DNA from: Candidatus Bathyarchaeota archaeon
GTDB lineage: Archaea > Thermoproteota > Bathyarchaeia > Bathyarchaeales > Bathycorpusculaceae
Reading direction: 5' to 3'
Length of the DNA: 64,000 nt
Assembly (NCBI GenBank): GCA_963768425.1
Contig: CAVYHV010000030.1
Span: forward strand, 81,902 to 145,901
The notes under the pieces are model-generated. The model saw nothing but the letters and a program-made list of their open reading frames with translations, had not been told where the DNA came from and made no database searches. A program made the translations under genes and the position numbers. Numbering within the stretch: position 1 is the stretch's first letter; each line of letters starts with the position of its first letter. Below are positions 61,480-64,000 of the stretch, in pieces.

Positions 61480-62103
61480 GCGCTCTGTGTCGGCTCTCCT
61501 TCTCCTCGGATGGTGAGTGCATCCAGCGGACTGCCGGTGGCGCTGAGATGCCGCCGGGAGAGATGCAGATAGATCGTCGTTTCCTCCAGGTCGCGATGCC
61601 CCAGCAGCATCTGGATGGTGCGCAGGTCGGCACCGGCTTCGAGCAGATGCGTGGCAAAGCAGTGGCGCAGAGTGTGGGGATGGATGTGCTTGTGTTCAAG
61701 GCCGGCGCGTTCGGCGGCCTGCTGGCAGGCAGTCCAGAGAACCTTGGTGGAGACAGGATGACTCGCTGTATGCCATCGGTTGCCGGGGAACAGCCAGTCG
61801 GTGGGCTTGCGCCTCAGCCCGCGCCAGTAGACGCGCAGTGCATCGAGCAGCTTCGGGCTGAGCATGACATCGCGGTCCTTGCGTCCCTTGCCTCCCCGGA
61901 TATGAATGACCATCCGTTGGCTGTCGATATCGCTGATCTTCAGGTGCGCCACTTCTGCGCGACGTGCGCCCGTGGCATAGAGCGTCATCAGCAGGATGCG
62001 ATGAAAGGGAAACTCTGCCGCGTCGATCAGACGCGCGACTTCTTCCTGGCTGAGCACCTGCGGCAAGTGCAGAACCTTCTTCGGATACGGCGTCTCGGCA
62101 ATC
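61476..62103 (-). pseudogene. tyrosine recombinase coupled to the IS91 transposase, N-terminus missing
   Basis: YATGAR, GKG.KDR, HTLRHCFATHL, LLGH, Y; coding similarity (IAETPYPKK) stops at ~62103. Confidence 0.85.
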
Positions 62104-62215
62104 GCGTTACGGAAAGTGACGCTGATCGGCTGAGCGTGATGATGTCTGGGCTAGATTCGTCGGATGAAGGATCCATCCCGGAGGCAATTGGACAAGACCC
62201 CATCGGAGACGCGAG

Positions 62216-62257
62216 GGCGAAAATGCAACAATCTTCGGAGATTGTTGCATTTTCGCC
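62216..62257. other. 19-bp perfect hairpin
   Basis: GGCGAAAATGCAACAATCT-TCGG-AGATTGTTGCATTTTCGCC. Confidence 0.85.
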
Positions 62258-62552
62258 AGTAGCGACGCCCGAGCATACCGTGGCTGACGAAAGGCAAGCA
62301 AACCGAGATTTCCGTAAAAAGAATTCGTCGGCATTGGGGCTGTGAAAGACGCAATGGTTTCCAGCAGAATCCCAGAAACAAAAGACCGGAGGAGTCAAAT
62401 CACGTTATGTATTTGAGTCAGCACACAGGAGGCACCAAGGAGATTTCGCAACGTAGTACGCGTTGAACTTCGACCCACCGAGAATCTAGCTGAAGGTCCT
62501 ATCCCAGAGCACGTACTCAGAAGAAATCTGGCCCACAACCGGCACAGCGGAG

Positions 62553-63992
62553 TGGGGTGAACCCCTCCGTTGAGACAGATTAGGTTGGCACAGCAGCTGT
62601 TGTTTCGCTCTTCTTAGCGGGGATGAGGTCTGGAGCAGGGGACGGCGTTTGAGTCCCCTGCTCCAGCACCCCCGTAGAATCTTCCTCCTCTATGCTTCGG
62701 AAAAAGCTCACCGTGGGACTACGAAACTGTGTCATGGAATCGGAATGCTCGGCTTGCTGTTCAAATTCCTCTGGAGAACAGTAGCCCAACGCAGAGTGCA
62801 ATCGCTGCCGATTGTAGTATTTTTCGATGAATTCTTCGATATTGGTGCGCAATTGTTCTAAGTCACTGTACTGGTTTGCGTAAATTTCCTCCCGTTTCAA
62901 TGTTTTCAAGAAGCTTTCGCAGCTTGCATTGTCGTACGGATTTGCCGGGCGGCTCATGCTCGGAATCATCCCATGTTTTTCTAGAACCGCCACATATTCT
63001 GCGCTGGCGTATTGCACGCCTCGATCGGAGTGATGGACCAGGCCCACGCTAGGGTGTCGTACTACGATGGCTTGCTCCAACGCGACTATGGCTAAGCGGC
63101 TGGCTAGGCTCCGCTCCAGGGCCCAGCCCACCACCTTACGAGAAAACCCGTCGAGTATCACCGCTAAGTAGACAAACTCCGTTTTCAGCCGAATGTAGGT
63201 GATGTCGGCCACCCAGAGTTGATCAATCCCCGTTAGCTTCATGCGCCGGGCCAGATTCGAGATATACCTCCAGTTCGTGATCGGAATCCGTGGTGACCAC
63301 GAACTGCCGGGGCTGCACCGCGAGCAGATTATCCTCCCGCATGATCCGTGCTACTCGCTTGTGGTTGACCAGCATACCTCTACGCCGGAGCTCCGCTGAA
63401 ATCCGCCGATAGCCATAGCGCCGCCGATGTTCCAGCGCGATTTGCTGAATCGCGGATCGTACTTCCATGTCTTCCTCGTCCGGCTGTGCTCCTGCAGGCA
63501 GCGATAGAAGCCCGCCCGGCTCACTGCGGCCAGCTGACACATTCGCTCGATACTCAAGCTGCCTTGCATCGGCATCACTTCCCGGATTTCGTCGTAGATG
63601 CCGTCTCGCCAGAGCTTGCTGCTCTGCTGGCGTCGAGCCTCGACTTTTTGCAAGGCACCTTTGAAAAAATCTACTTCCACGCGTCTTCTCCGCCAAAACT
63701 CGCTTCAAATGATTGACCTCTTTGCGCAGGGTGGATGCGCGAGACGTTTGCGGCGGCGGTTTCTCCGCCACGGTCTCCTCGGATCCAGTTCATCGCGCCA
63801 CCTGTAAAGCAGTCGCCGGATGCACGCCCAGCTCTTTGCTAGTGCCACGATGTTATCGCAGCTTTTCAGTCGTTCGACTGCCACCTGCCGGAAGTCCTCC
63901 GGGTACCGCCCCACTCGTTTCTTTGCCACTCGCAGTTCCTTTCCCTGCAAAGTGTGCCTTCTCCTAGTGTCTCATTTTTGGGGTTCACTCCA
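62553..63992 (-). mobile_element. IS3-family insertion sequence with fragmented orfA/orfB
   Basis: Terminal IRs TGGGGTGAACCCC...TGAGACA / TGTCTCA...GGGGTTCACTCCA (TG..CA); WVADITY, HHSDRG.QY, DNA..ESF; YGYRR, NHKRV.RIMRE. Confidence 0.92.
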
Positions 63993-64000
63993 GGTTTGTC

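Noticed and set aside
59831-62398. Many long overlapping ORFs in the GC-rich segment
   Set aside because: Expected shadow frames at high GC, antisense to or overlapping the transposase and recombinase.
59340-64000. Recent bacterial-to-archaeal horizontal transfer
   Set aside because: The junction cuts a gene and has no mobile-element boundary; an artefact is more parsimonious pending read mapping.

Overview
Positions 1 to ~59,339 are archaeal chromosomal DNA. Gene content (form III RuBisCO, R15P isomerase, AMP phosphorylase, archaeal initiator tRNA, PAC2, MvhD-like domains, PEF-CTERM-like surface proteins) looks like Bathyarchaeia; the taxon is an inference. Many core genes carry single frameshifts, suggesting an unpolished long-read assembly. 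At ~59,340 the sequence switches abruptly, in the middle of a gene, to GC-rich bacterial DNA (SGNH hydrolase, IS91-type transposase plus tyrosine recombinase, IS3), most likely a contig join or chimera. The main feature is a ~23.4 kb island (14,114-37,527) inserted in the divergent promoter between rbcL and AMP phosphorylase and bounded by an exact 17-bp direct repeat (TTAAAATCTTTAACTAT). Internal copies of that site divide it into four tandem units. Two units end in paralogous tyrosine integrases, each ~100 bp from a 32-bp dyad site (CTTTAACTAT-N12-ATAGTTAAAG). Beyond these sites lie arrays of unrelated secreted or membrane-anchored protein genes, five of them preceded by the same AGTCAA-N6-TTGACT-N6-AGTCAA...TATA module, an integron-like layout without an IntI or attC. 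The first unit is a virus-like element in which CAATTG occurs 58 times in ~10.9 kb (manual count). The rest is housekeeping and accessory DNA: glycosylation genes, NfnAB, thioredoxin reductase, rubredoxin-pyruvate oxidase, tRNA-iMet, the his operon and toxin-antitoxin pairs.
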